Assembly: GCA_965112735.1 (NCBI GenBank)
Contig: OZ218965.1
Coordinates: 744,001-808,000 of the forward strand
Direction of reading: 5' to 3'
DNA length: 64,000 nt
Origin: Phaeosaccion multiseriatum
Lineage: Eukaryota > Protista > Ochrophyta, other classes
Below are positions 43,052 through 54,910 of the stretch, one piece after another. The first letter of the stretch is position 1. Each line of letters opens with the position of its first letter. The notes under the pieces were generated by a model. It saw only the letters and a program-made list of their open reading frames with translations, had not been told where the DNA came from and searched no databases. Position numbers and translations under genes: made by a program.

Positions 43052-46000
43052 TCATCCTATGATATCTTGAATGTGCTCCCTTACCTTCTCAACGTAATCA
43101 GCCTCATACTGCTGTTCCTCGTACTCCTTGCCGGTTTGATTCGAAAGCTCAGGCAGAAGCTTCTGCCAGGCCTCCGGCCAGCCTTTCTCCGGTTCATCTT
43201 TCTCCCTCCACTCGTCCCACTGCTTGTCTATCTCGGGATGAGCCTTGAGCAGCCGCTCCGTTCCGTCGTAGCAGTCGCCAGGGGTGAGTTTGTAGAAGAG
43301 GGGCACCACCAGGAAGTCCTCCTCTTTCTTCTCAAGCCTCTCCATGAAAATCTCTGTCTCCTTGAGGCACCACTCGCGGCAGAGGAACTGTGGGCTGAGC
43401 ACCACCAATCCGATCTTGGCCTTCTTCGCCGCACTGACCATGTAGTCGGGAGCTTGACGACCGAGTTGAAGATCCTCCCTATCCAGAAAGGCCGTTACAC
43501 CGCTGTCCCACAGCGCCACCCACAGGTTGTAGACAAGCCCCCACTTGTCCGGCCCGGCGTGGCTCAAAAAGACATCGAACTGCGCCGCGTCGTCCTTGGC
43601 ATACTCGTCGCCGAGCAGCCTCAGCTCGGCCGCCAGGGGTTGCCGTCCGCTTGCAATCGACTCCATGGATTCTTCAGGGGACATGAAGGCTAAGCCCTTG
43701 AACCTCTCGCCCAGCATCTCTCTGATCCAATTGCGAACCATCCCCCCAACCTCCCTACAGTTACTCTGGACGTCGCTCGTCACGTACAGCAGAAGATCTC
43801 CCCCTTCTACCATGATCAGAACGTCCAAGTGGTTCACCCGAAGCGCAGCGGCGTACTTGGCGCACGCGCGGATCTGGACGACCTTCTTGTGTGGCTCTTC
43901 GCTTCGCTTTCCCAGAAACCAGGCAAGCAAAAAGGGCAGCGTCCCAGACGGGAAATGAGCATTGCACGCCTTGAAATGGCCTCGAGTACACTCCTCCGAC
44001 TTCGCCTTGAGGAAAGTCGTAACGACCTTCCGTACATCAGTATTGCCACCCCCCCCCAATCGGAGCCTCGTTGGGGCCACGTACACGTCCTTACGGCCCT
44101 CCTCGTCTTTGAGTCCGGTCACGGGCAGGATCACACCGTGCTGAGCCAGTGTCTCGAGCATGCCTTTGAAGAACGTCGTGTCCTCTTCGAGCCGCTGAAA
44201 AGCCTTCTTCACTGGCACACCTTCTTCGCAGGACGCAGCACCGACTTGGTGTCCCACGGACACCCAGAGCTGCCACAGGCAAAAGAGATAGTCGGAAGAA
44301 GTCGTTGCTTTGTCCAGGAAGTTTCTCTCCTCCTCGTGAAGAATATCGAACGACGGGAGCTCCATAAGTTCGTTGGTCCCAGTGTTGCTATGCGCCATAT
44401 CCCCAAGCATGCTGCGCCACAGTGCGTGTTTCACCGTGGCTTCCGTGAGTTTGTGGGAAGCAAGTGGCTTGACCAATGCCATCAGCCAAAGTGGGTTGAC
44501 GTGCACATACCCCTCCAGCCACAGCACCGCTCCCACCGCCTCTTGCAATTTCAAGGCCACCTCAAAAGTCTTCTTGGGGTCCTCTATGTCGAGTTGCTCA
44601 GCTCCCTCGGACTTGCTCCACTTCTCCTGCAGCTTGTTATCACCAATGCACAGCTCGTCTTGGCACGCTTCTAGCGTGAGGCGTACCGTCACCCACGGGA
44701 GGGGCACCATCTTTCCCACATCCGGGAACAGCGTGCTGGGTGTCTCCTTGGTGCTGCCCTCCAACGCGAGCCACTCAATGTACTCGCGAACCTCCTGCAC
44801 ATCATTCTTGTCTGTGAGATCGACAGCCCAGTACTTCTCTTGCACCTTCAAAGGCTCTATGGTTCCAGCGCGTTTCCTATGTGTCTTCAGAACTCTGTCC
44901 ACTAGTTTCTTGACGTCACGCACTACTTTGTCAACGCCCCCCCGCCCCGGCTCCACGGTATCAACGTGAGATCCCAAAACAACCACAACACTGCCAGGCG
45001 CGTATGCTTGCAGAGCATCGAGCCACTCAATGACCAAATCGCGTTCCGCTGCCTGTGATCCCCCGCTGAAGGCCTCGAGGTTAATGGTGAGTACGTACAA
45101 CGCCCGCGCAGTCAGACAGAGCTGGTGGTAGGCGTAGTAGTCTCGCTGACCCGCAAAGTCCCAAATCACCAATTCCAAAGGCCTACTCTCGTCCTCCCCC
45201 AGCCTTACTGCGTGCGTCTCGATGCCAACCGTCGACTCATCCTGTCCAACAGCAGGATCCCTTTGTCTCCCCATTAGAGATAGCGCCAAGGTCGTCTTCC
45301 CTGCCTTGTGCCGCCCCACCAACACGACCTTGAGTTTCCACGACCGCTCCTCGCCTTGACTCAGGTCGATCCAATACCGCTCCACTGCCTCAAAGCCGAC
45401 AGCCACCACATCGGCGCTGGGTGCTGTCCAAGGATTGCCGTGGAGGTGTACTTGTAGTGTTTGCAATTTTGAGAGCTTCTGCAGGCCTCTTGCTGCGTCA
45501 AGCGATATCTCTGAAAACGGGCAAGCAAGAAGGGAGACGATTTTCACTCTTGTCAGTATTTCAAGTCAAAGGGGCGAGGAAAGTTCTTTAGTCACGCTGA
45601 GCTCCAGGCCAAAGGATGTGAACGGGGCTCGCGTACCACTCACCAGTGAGTTTATTGTTGATGAGGTCCAGTTCCTCAAGGTTCTGAAGACCTCCAAGCT
45701 CGTGTGGAATGCTCCCTGCGGATGGGTGGGAAGTTCTTGGTCACACTAGCATCAAGTGAAAGGGACGCGAACGGGTATGCGTACCACTCACCGGTGAGCT
45801 TGTTGTCGCCGAGGTGAAGAGAAGTCAGCTGGCTGAGACCTCCCAACTCCTTGGGAAGGTCCCCTGCGGATGGAAGGAGAGCTCTTTGGTCATACTAATA
45901 TCAAGTCAAAGGGACGCGAACGGGTTCGCGTACCACTCACCAGTGAGGTAATTGTTGTTGAGGAACAGTGTCTCAAGGTTCCGAAGACCTCCAAGCTCTG

Positions 46001-47063
46001 GTGGAATCTCCCCTGCGGATGGGAGGAGAGTTCTTTGGTCACACTCATATCAAGTCAAGGGGACGCGAACGGGTTCGCGCACCACCTACCTTCTAGATTG
46101 TTCCCGTGGAGCCAAAGTTCTCGAAGGTTCGGAAGCTGTCCAAGTTGCGGCGGAATGCTCCCTGAGATGTGGGGAAAGTTCTTCAGCCATACTAATATCA
46201 AGTCAAAGAGACGCGAACGGGTGTGCGTACCACTTACCGGAGAGCTCGGTGTGGAAGAGGTACAAAACCTCAAGCTTCTCCAGACTTCCAAGTTCGGCTG
46301 GAATGCTCCCTGCGGAGCGGAGGAAAGTTCTTTGATCATACTATTTTCAAGTCAAAGGGACGCGAACCACTTACCAGTGAGCTTGTTTGAACCGAGAATT
46401 AAGTGCTTAAGCTTCTCCAGACTTCCAAGCTCGGGCGGAATGCTTCCTGCGGAGCGGAGGAAAGTTCTTGGGTCAAGTGAAAGGGACGCGAACGGGTGTG
46501 CGTACCACTTACCAGTGAGCTTGTCGTCGTAGAGGTGCAGCTTTTGAAGGTTCTGCAGATCTCCAAGTTCGGGCGGAATGCTCCCTGCGGAGCGGAGGAA
46601 AGTTCTTTGGTCATACTGAGATCAAGTGAAAAGTCGAAGGTTTTGAAGCTGTTGCGGCGGAATGATCCCTGAGATGTGTGGGGAAAGTTTTTCAGCATAC
46701 TACAATGTAATATCAAGTGAAAGGGACGCGAACGGGTCGCTCGACTACCACGTCATGCCGCTTCATCACATTTTTTTTGCCCCGCTTTGCTTCGTCCTTC
46801 CCGAATATTCTAGACCCATCACATCGTTACTTTCTTCTTCCGTCTCTCTCACCTCTGAGGTTGTTCCAGCCCAGGTCGAGCTTCACAACATGGCCATTCT
46901 CTACGGTCACTCCGACCCAGTTCTCCAAAGATGCGTCAGTGTTCCATCCTTTCTTGTGATTCCAAGCGGGTCCGCTCGTGGCGTGAAAGAAGGCTGTGAG
47001 AGCTCTGCACTCCTCATGGTCAATATATGTTGTCTCCTCGGGGACGCTGTGCGACGAACCCAT
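43052..47063 (-). CDS. LRR-ROC-COR-TIR (ROCO family) immune-receptor-like protein, copy 2
   Basis: N-cap exon 47063-46853 (MGSSHS...ALTAFFHATSGPAWNHKKGWNTDASLENWVGVTVENGHVVKLDLGWNNLRG). Seven intact 72-nt LRR exons start at 46584, 46446, 46309, 46161, 46012, 45863 and 45715. Terminal exon 45510-43052 has ROC, COR and TIR motifs as in copy 1. Confidence 0.94.
45644..46740 (-). repeat. Array of LRR exon + conserved intron cassettes (gene 2)
   Basis: Same intron consensus as in gene 1; one broken cassette at ~46668-46630. Confidence 0.95.
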
Positions 47064-47389
47064 CGGACGGTGTTCTTGCCCCTTGGTCAGGGCAGGTAGA
47101 TCCCGGGGATCCGGGCATTGATTAGTTTGAGTACCCTTAGTTAAGGAGAGCAACATGTGACTCTTTAGCGGTACAGATCCGGTACACGCGATCAAACAAG
47201 AGATGGATAATCAGAGATGATGTTGTATATTACACCCTTAAGTGCCATCTATGGTTGTCTAAAAGTAATGTCTGCACTGATGATGTGAAAAGATGTGTTT
47301 TTCCAAACTGAAACTGAAACTCGACTCTCCAGGTCTTGCAATAATCGGCCCTGCCCTACCCTCTGCTCTCTCTCCTGCCTCAAGACAGG

Positions 47390-48256
47390 ATGGACGGTAT
47401 GGAGAAACAAAATGCGAACCCCACAGTCTACCAGACGGAGGTCACTCGGCAGAAGGTGTGTGCTGATGAGGCTTGGGCGGGTGTGAGGCCCAGGAAAGAT
47501 CTGATCCCCCCCCCCTTCTCCCTCTTCCCCGTCCTTCCTCCGCAGACAATCGACCTGGACGAGCTTGACAGAGAGGACGACGAGATGGGCGGAGGGGAGG
47601 GGGGGAGGGACGCCTTCGATGACGCCGAGGTATTCGAGATGATCCGAAACATTGACGACCCCGAGCACCCCCTCACACTCGAGCAGCTCAAGGTGGCCAC
47701 GGTACGGTACCACGTGCATGGAACTGTATGCCTTCACCACCACGGGTTGGCCCTGGAAGGGAGGCTCATTTACTTGCATTATTCCCTGATGCGGCTCGCC
47801 GTGTGCCTCATTTGCCGGGCACAAGTGTGGCGGATCGTCGCCCAGTCGACACACTTACCGCGACTCGCCACCTCCTCCACCCCCCCTCCTGCATTGCAAC
47901 TATCCTGCTACCTCACATCCACCCCCAGCTTGACCAGGTGCACGTGGTGGACGATGAGGACAGCACCGTGGACGTCATGTTCACCCCCACCATTCCCCAC
48001 TGCAGCATGGCCACCCTCATCGGACTCTGCATCCGCGTCAAGCTCCTCCGCTCGCTGCCCGCTCGCTTCAAGGTCAAGGTGCGTGTGTGCGTGTGCATGT
48101 GCGTACCTCTGTGTGCATTTAAAGCACTGCCCTGTGCCACAGGCATGCAAGGCTCGCGGTGTATTTTTTTTCTCTCTCCCATAGTTGTATTTACTTGAGG
48201 AGTTGCTCAAGAGCTTGAGCCCCGACTGTACCTTGAGAGGAGGAGGATTGTGACAT

Positions 48257-48311
<55 letters not shown>

Positions 48312-48599
48312 GAGTAGTGGCGGGGTGTTGTCCAATTTTTTGCAACAAATTGCCCCTCCCAACCCACCTACCTCACCATCGAAGCACCTCTCCATCTGCG
48401 ATGCTCCGCCCCTCCCCCCCTCTCTCTTGTAAAACTCTCTCCCCTCCCATCCCCACAGGTGTCCATCACCCCCGGCACGCACAGCTCGGAGGAGGCGGTG
48501 AACAAACAGCTCAATGACAAGGAGCGCGTGTTGGCGGCCCTCGAGAATACGCACCTCAGCGGGGTGGTCAACAAGTGCATTGGCAGCTCGGATCGCTGA
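47390..48599 (+). CDS. CIAO2B: Cytosolic Fe-S assembly component CIA2B/MIP18 (FAM96B/AE7 family)
   Basis: Spliced product: NANPTVY...[23 protein letters not shown]...[27 protein letters not shown]...[28 protein letters not shown]. Exons ~47390-47455, 47546-47701, 47930-48078 and 48459-48599. Confidence 0.95.
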
Positions 48600-49569
48600 C
48601 TGACTGACTGACTGACTGACTGACTGACTGAGGGAGGGAGGGAGGCTCAGCGACAAAGGAGGAGGAGGAGGAGGAGGAGGAGGAGGAGGAGGAGAAGGAG
48701 GAGGAAGAGGAGGCTGAGCAGACGATTGGGTTGAGGCAGAGGCAGGAGAGACACGCACGCGTCGGGCGTTGCGTGGTGGCTGCTGTGGGGGGGGGGGATG
48801 GCCAGGGAGCCAAGCAGTGAGGCGCATCGTGCGTGCAAGAGGGTGATGGGAGAGCAGCTGCTCGTGTTGGTTGTTCAAGACAACTCGCCAGCTGAAGAGC
48901 GCAGGAGCTGATGATGATATGATGATGAGGATGATGGGAGAGCAGCAGCTGCTCGTGTTGGTCGTACAAGACGACTCCTTCCCCCTACTTTCGCTGGCGA
49001 GGTGCTGCACGCTCGAGCCGCCGTAATGGGAGTCTCCACGCGCTGAGCGGTGGTAGGCAACACGCGAGGTGGGTGGGTCCACCTCGACGTTGTGGAGGGG
49101 TACCGCCGCTCCAGGTCTGGGTCCTGACACTTGTGGTTCGTTTTGCGCCCCAGCGGCAGGCACGAGGCGGCTCACACCAGCGCCACGCCGGGCTCAGCGC
49201 AGCCACAAGCGACTCGCACCGCCTCTGCTACTCCTCGCTGCCTAAGTGTGAGTGTGGGTACAAAGAGAGGGACAGCTTGGCCAGCACACCGCCTCCTTGG
49301 TCCGTTCGTCGGTGTGGTGAACATGCCCTGTCTGCCCCATCCGAAGAGACCCTCTCTGCCCCATCAGCAGTGGGATACAGCGTGTAGTCTACAAAGGAAT
49401 TCCCGCTTATCGTCGGGGGTGGATCGATGCGTACTCACTCGTCCCAACAGCTTTCAGAGACCACCTTCCTTCTCTGAAGCCTCTCTGACGTGCAGAGCTC
49501 CCCACTCTCTGTTCGCCTCTGCTGATGGATGAAAGTGATCGATCTATGGATGAGTTCTCATCATCTTCA

Positions 49570-49618
<49 letters not shown>

Positions 49619-50047
49619 CAGCAGCAGTAGCGGCACAGAGCAGCAGCAGAGATGCGGCCCTCCTGGACGCACTAAAGCGGGGACTGGAGCAAATGTGTAC
49701 AACTGATCAGCTGGGGCCTATGTGCACCAGCGGATGGCACCAGATGGCACCAGTTGATTTGATTGGTCGCACATACATGGTCCGCACCGCCCCTTGCGCA
49801 TCAAGGGGTGGGGTGCTGTGCGGTTACTTTGCCGTTACTGTTAGGGACGAGAGCAAAAGAGGAGACTCGGTATTTCAAAAGAAGAGAATCGACATGTTTA
49901 CAAATGTTTACACGGCAAACAATGCACAATACAAATCGTCAAATCGTCCGTAAGACTTGTACCACAAACAACTAAGGCGACGAGTCGATTCTTTGCCTGG
50001 GTCCTGACAACTGTACACAGTCCCTCTGCTATCAGCTTGCGTTCTAT

Positions 50048-51907
50048 CTATCGTTCTTTCATCACCAACATGCCCGCCGTCTCCTCGTGCTTCTTCGCCC
50101 TGAGGTGGAGCTCATCGTTGATGTACGCCTGCAGATAGGGCAGCAGCACCCCGAAGCCGTCCTCGTTCCCCACCCCGCTGCCAGTGAGAATGTGCAGCCC
50201 TCCCCTTCCCTTGCCAATCTCGCCCTTCCTCCCCAGCCCCTCCACCTTCAACACGTGCCTAAGGGCCGCCTTGCCCGTCTCCTTGGTGAAGCCCTGCAAG
50301 TTCATGACCTTGCCCCGCCGGTCCCTCGCCCAATGCTCCAGCGCGCCTTCTCGGACCGCGTCTGCGTACAAACGGTCCTGAGCGGCCACCACCTCGTTCC
50401 GGCTCCGGCTCCAAGGTCCAGCTCCTGGAGCAGCAGGTGGTGGTACAGCATCCGCATCAGCAGCATGGGGCGCATCCCCATCGTCGTCAGGTGTTGGCGT
50501 ACCACCAATACCCGCCCCAAGGGCGTCAATGGCGGATCGATAGCACGAGTCGTTGGGCGGCACCCCCCTCAGCCGCATGTCTTCAAACACCTCCATTGCC
50601 GAGCTGATCTGACGGGCCTTGCAGCACGCCGTAATGACGGAGGAGTAAGTCATGAGGTTAGGGGCCACGCTCTGGTCAATCATGGCACGGAGCACCGCCA
50701 AGGCCTTCTCGTAGGCCCCGTTCTTGGCGCAGGCGGTGATGAGAGAGGTGAAGCTGATGATGTCTGGTCTGATGCCCTGCCGTACCATGTCATTCATAAC
50801 GCCAGCGGCTTGGGGTAGGTTGCCCACCCTCGCACAAGCGTCGAGAGCTGCATTGTAGGAGACGAGCGTGGGGTGGAAGCCTTGGGTCTTCATTTCATGC
50901 AAATACTCGAGCGCCTTGGTGTTGTCACCCGCCTTGCCACAGGCAGTGATGAGGGTGCTGTAGGTCACCACGTTGGGAGCAATCTGATTCTCTCTCATCT
51001 CGTTGAACACCATCAAGGCTCGCTTGTAGTCTCGGCCATTGCTGCACGCCTTCATCAGGCTGCCGTACGTCACCACGGTGGGGCGAAGGCCTTCCTGCTT
51101 CATGTCCGCAAGGAAGCCAAACGCTTCCTCCATGCGCCCCGCCCCACCCACAGCAGCAATGGCGGCATTGTAGGTAATCACATCAGGAGGTACTCCATTC
51201 GCTTTGGCCGCCCGGAGCAGGCCTGACACCTCGTCCCACCTCTTCTCCCAGCCCAAGGCCTGAATATCCTTGGTCAGGCTGATGCGCTTGTGCTTCAAGT
51301 TCCTGCCGCTACGAGTACCCCCATCTCCCGTCCTGACCTTTCCGTCCGCTGTTCGCGCCACTGGAGGGCCCCGATCCCGCCCTCGTCCGCCTCCCCTTCC
51401 TCCTCCTCCTCTTCCCCTGCCCCCTCTCCCACCACCTCTGGGTCCTCCACGACCACGACCCCCATCTTTCCCCCCCCGTGCCCCTCCCCGGCCGCCAGTC
51501 GCTCCAAACTCTCCCTGTATGTCCGCCTCCCACCCCTCCCACCCCGCGCTGCCGTACAATCTTCCTCTTCCTCCACCTCTTCCTCTCCGCCGGCTTCCTC
51601 CCAGTCGCGTCACCACCGCCCCTCCTTCTGCTTGTGCTGAGAGAAGGTGCGGCTGAGACCGCCGCCTTCTTCCCTCGTAGGCTGACATGGATGATGGAGA
51701 ACCCCACGTCTCGACGAGAGGCGATAGCACCAGATAGGGGTTGATCAGCCCCGAGGCATGGATAAAAGCCATCACGCCCTTTTCCTCCTCGCGTCGCCTT
51801 GCCTGACCTTGACGAACGTCTCCGCAACAGTTGCAATGGGCGCTGGGCGCTCTCTTCTCGCTCTTGAGCTGGAAAAGGAGTTGGGCGTCTTCAGATTTCA
51901 CTGGCAT
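50048..51907 (-). CDS. Pentatricopeptide-repeat protein with C-terminal SMR-like domain (start may be 51772)
   Basis: About 7 tandem 35-aa PPRs (PDVITYNAAIAAVGGAG, PTVVTYGSLMKAC, PNVVTYSTLITACGKAG...), an RGG-rich N-terminal region and SMR-like MNLQGFTKETG...LHILTGSG. Confidence 0.92.
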   Translation of the reverse strand: MPVKSEDAQLLFQLKSEKRAPSAHCNCCGDVRQGQARRREEEKGVMAFIHASGLINPYLVLSPLVETWGSPSSMSAYEGRRRRSQPHLLSAQAEGGAVVTRLGGSRRRGRGGGRGRLYGSAGWEGWEADIQGEFGATGGRGGARGGKDGGRGRGGPRGGGRGGRGRGGGGRGGGRGRDRGPPVARTADGKVRTGDGGTRSGRNLKHKRISLTKDIQALGWEKRWDEVSGLLRAAKANGVPPDVITYNAAIAAVGGAGRMEEAFGFLADMKQEGLRPTVVTYGSLMKACSNGRDYKRALMVFNEMRENQIAPNVVTYSTLITACGKAGDNTKALEYLHEMKTQGFHPTLVSYNAALDACARVGNLPQAAGVMNDMVRQGIRPDIISFTSLITACAKNGAYEKALAVLRAMIDQSVAPNLMTYSSVITACCKARQISSAMEVFEDMRLRGVPPNDSCYRSAIDALGAGIGGTPTPDDDGDAPHAADADAVPPPAAPGAGPWSRSRNEVVAAQDRLYADAVREGALEHWARDRRGKVMNLQGFTKETGKAALRHVLKVEGLGRKGEIGKGRGGLHILTGSGVGNEDGFGVLLPYLQAYINDELHLRAKKHEETAGMLVMKER

Positions 51908-51956
51908 ACTTCCCTCCTAAAGCGAGCAAGACTTCAAAAAACAAAGGAGGAGCGAT

Positions 51957-54910
51957 ATGAGGACTGTACACATGCAGCGGCAGTTGTACCTCCTTCTCCT
52001 CCTCCTGGAGCTTGCTCTCCGGGTATATCCTTTCGTGATCTGCCATGGCGAGATTTTGCAGGACTGCATTGGGGACGCAGGCCTCTCGCTGCAGGAAATG
52101 ACAAAAACAAAGCGCTTCACCGCGTTTCCCGGTGGTGCTCCCGCTAATGTCGCGTGCGGACTGAGCAAGGTATCAGGGAAGAGGATGTGATGTGAGATTT
52201 GGCGTGGCATGGGAATGACAAGTGCTTCAATCTTGCGTCTGTCAACATGAGCGTAACATTGCCCTCCTCCAACGCCTCGCATTCTCGCAGCTGGGCGAAA
52301 AGGTGCACTTCGCGGGAGCAGTGGGCGACGATGACAACGGCGCCATCCTTAGAAAACTGCTCCAGGTATGGGGGTGGACGGACGAGGCACTGCTAGCGAC
52401 GTCTCAGATACAGCTGGGCCTTCGAAAGAGAGATCACACTCTACCCTGTTTTCCCCCTCTCTCAACCACCTCCCCTCCCAACTACTACTTGCATATCGTA
52501 CCTCTCCCCCTTGCGCGACCGGTGCTGCGCTGCGGCCTTCAGGATCATCGTATTGAGACCGCCTGTCTAACCTCTGAGCCAGGAGGGGCCACACGGACTG
52601 TGATGGTGACTCGGGACGACAAGGGAGAAAGAACCTTTGCAGGTGCGCGGTACGCCAGCCACGAGCGATACTCTCGACGCTTCCATTGCTTCGTAAAATA
52701 GGGCAAGAGGGCCCTAATCCTCCTCCCACAGTTTGATTGGCGGTTGTGAAGCGCCTCCCTCTCCTTCTCATTGCTCTTCTCACTTGCTTGGTTCGCAGCC
52801 ATGTAGTAGTAGCTCCCCTGATCAGCGATACACCCTCCCCCCCTTAGCAGACACTCGTGAGTATCGTCACCAATCTCCCTTCCCCGCGAGTCGAGCAGAG
52901 TATGTCACCAACTTCCCCCCTCGCCCCTGACCCCTCCCTGCCCCTCGCTGACTGTTGCTGTGGCTGTTGCTGCTGTGGCTGTGGCTCCCACCCCTCAGGC
53001 TTTGGCGGCCCCGCGGCCCTCTGCTCGTGCGACTTTGCGGACGCTCTATACACGCCACCGCCCAATGTGGACCTCTCTGGTGTGACGTGGCTCGTGCAGG
53101 TAAGAAGCCTTCCTTCAATCCACCACCACCCCTCGAACTTCCACTGCCATCCCCGTTATCCCCGCAGACATCAGTCCTTCTTCTTCGGTTTCTCTGTAAC
53201 TGGAAAGGACGCAGCTGTCGATCGTTGTTTTGTACTTCGAGTAGGACTTTTGCAGGCAGCTAGGCTGGCTGGCCTCTGAGTGAAGAAGTGCGTGCATGTG
53301 AATAACGCCCCTGTTTGTCGTCTCTTCCCTCCATTTTCTTCATTGTACCAATACCCGTCGGTCGTCGCAGGGCACCCTCGGCTTAGCATGCGACGCCTCA
53401 GCTGCAGCACACGAGCACTTCACCACAAGGGTGCAGGAGGAGGGCGGCCTCACGCTCCTCGACATCAACTTCAGGTAAGGGGCGCTCTTTCTCTAAGTGT
53501 GTAGCTCTCTCTTCCACTCTCGTCTCGTCACGTGCATGTGCTACGGGTGAGGCGACGGCCTCGGAAGGAGGGAAGTGTCGCTCACGCCCACAGTCGGATC
53601 GTACACCAAATAGGCACTCTCATCTTCACTTGCTCGCCTCCTCCTCCTCCTCCTCCTCCTCCTCCTCCTCCTCCTCCTCCTCCTCCTCCCCCATCCTCCT
53701 CCCCCATCCCCCTCCATCCTTTTCAGAGACGTGTTCTGGAACCTCGACTCGGAGTCCCCCAACCTCACTCCCAAGACCATGAGCAAGTGGGGGTGGGAAG
53801 GCGACGCCCGCACCAGGATCAAGGCCCTCGCCGACCGCATGGATGTCATAAAGTTGACTGACGAAGAGGCAGTATGGTTGGGCATCGCGGAGTCCAGGGA
53901 GGAGGCGATGGCCAAGCCGGGCCAAGTTAGGGAGGCGTTTGCCTCTGCCAAGGCTGTGCTTGTAACGGCCGGGGAAGGGGGAGCTTCTTATGATGTCCTG
54001 GGTGAGTGAGGGGGCGTTGGGGGTGGAGTAGGGGAGGGAGGGAGGGAGGGAGGGAGGTTCGGAGGGAGGGAGAGAGCTACGTTCGGAGGGAGGGAGGTTC
54101 GGAGGGAGGGGAGGAAGGTGAGTGGGGGTATTTGTAGCTTGCCAAGTACGAGCTGCGGGTGTATGCACAACACGTGCACAAGGGAGGTGGGGTGTGGGGG
54201 GGTCGCGGGGCAATTTCACTTCTTCACTATCTTGCCTCCGTTTGAGCATGCTCGTGTATCACCAACTGCCCCTGATCAGACTTCTCCGTGCCTCGTCCTT
54301 TGCCCCTCTGATGCATCGCGGCAGGCCACTCGGGCCGATACGCGTCGTTCGATATTCAGGCGGTAGAGACAACGGGCGCCGGAGACGCCTTCACAGCAGG
54401 TGAGGAGGGAGGGAGGGAGGGAGGAAGGAAAGAGGGGGAGGGGAGGGAGAGGGGGGGGGAAGCGAGGAAAAGGGGAGGGAGGAAGGGAGGAGAAGAGGAA
54501 GGAAGGAAGGGAGGGAGGGGAGGGAGGGAGGGAGGGAGGGGAGGGAGGGAGGCTCTATAGCCGCATAGCATGTCTCACCCCAATGGTGCCCACTCACACG
54601 GAAAAGTCGCCCCCTCTCCCGCTCCTTTCCCCCCCCCCCCCCCCCTCCTCCTTCTGGTCCTCCCCCTCTCGCTCCTCGCCCCTCTCCTCGCCCCTTTTGT
54701 GTAGGCTTTCTCCACTTGATGAAGGACTTTGAAGGCTGGGCTCTGCCTGCAGGGGAGGAGCTGTCCTCAGGGGCAAAGGCGCAGGTGGATGAAGCCGTGC
54801 TCTTCGCCTCCGCTGTCGGAGCACTCACTTGCTGTGGGGAGGGTGCCATTGCCGCCCAACCCACCAACGCGCAGGCTGTCAGAGACTTCATCCTCTCGAA
54901 GCAGGGGTAA
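51957..54910 (+). CDS. PfkB-family carbohydrate kinase (fructokinase-like), multi-exon
   Basis: VICHGEILQD, FPGGAPANVACGLSKLG, AGAVGDDDNG, VTRDDKGERTF, LDINFR, VIKLTDEEA, VLVTAGEGG, ETTGAGDAFTAGF, FASAVGALTC..GAIAAQPT; hydrophobic N-terminal signal. Confidence 0.93.

Larger units (their letters stand above)
39678..47065. repeat. Segmental duplication copy 2 (paralogous to 28254-37621)
   Basis: Collinear similarity to copy 1; shorter mainly because its LRR array is smaller. Confidence 0.93.

Noticed and set aside
34090-46740. Diversity-generating retroelement acting on LRR exons
   Set aside because: No reverse transcriptase or template repeat is visible in the window, and differences between exons are not restricted to adenines.
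47095-47130. Helitron 3' terminus (GATCCCGGGGATC hairpin) upstream of ROCO gene 2
   Set aside because: No CTRR at the expected distance, and not shared with duplicate 1.
49525-49953. 142-aa ORF with poly-Ala
   Set aside because: No recognisable domain or splice support; partly a (GCA)n microsatellite.
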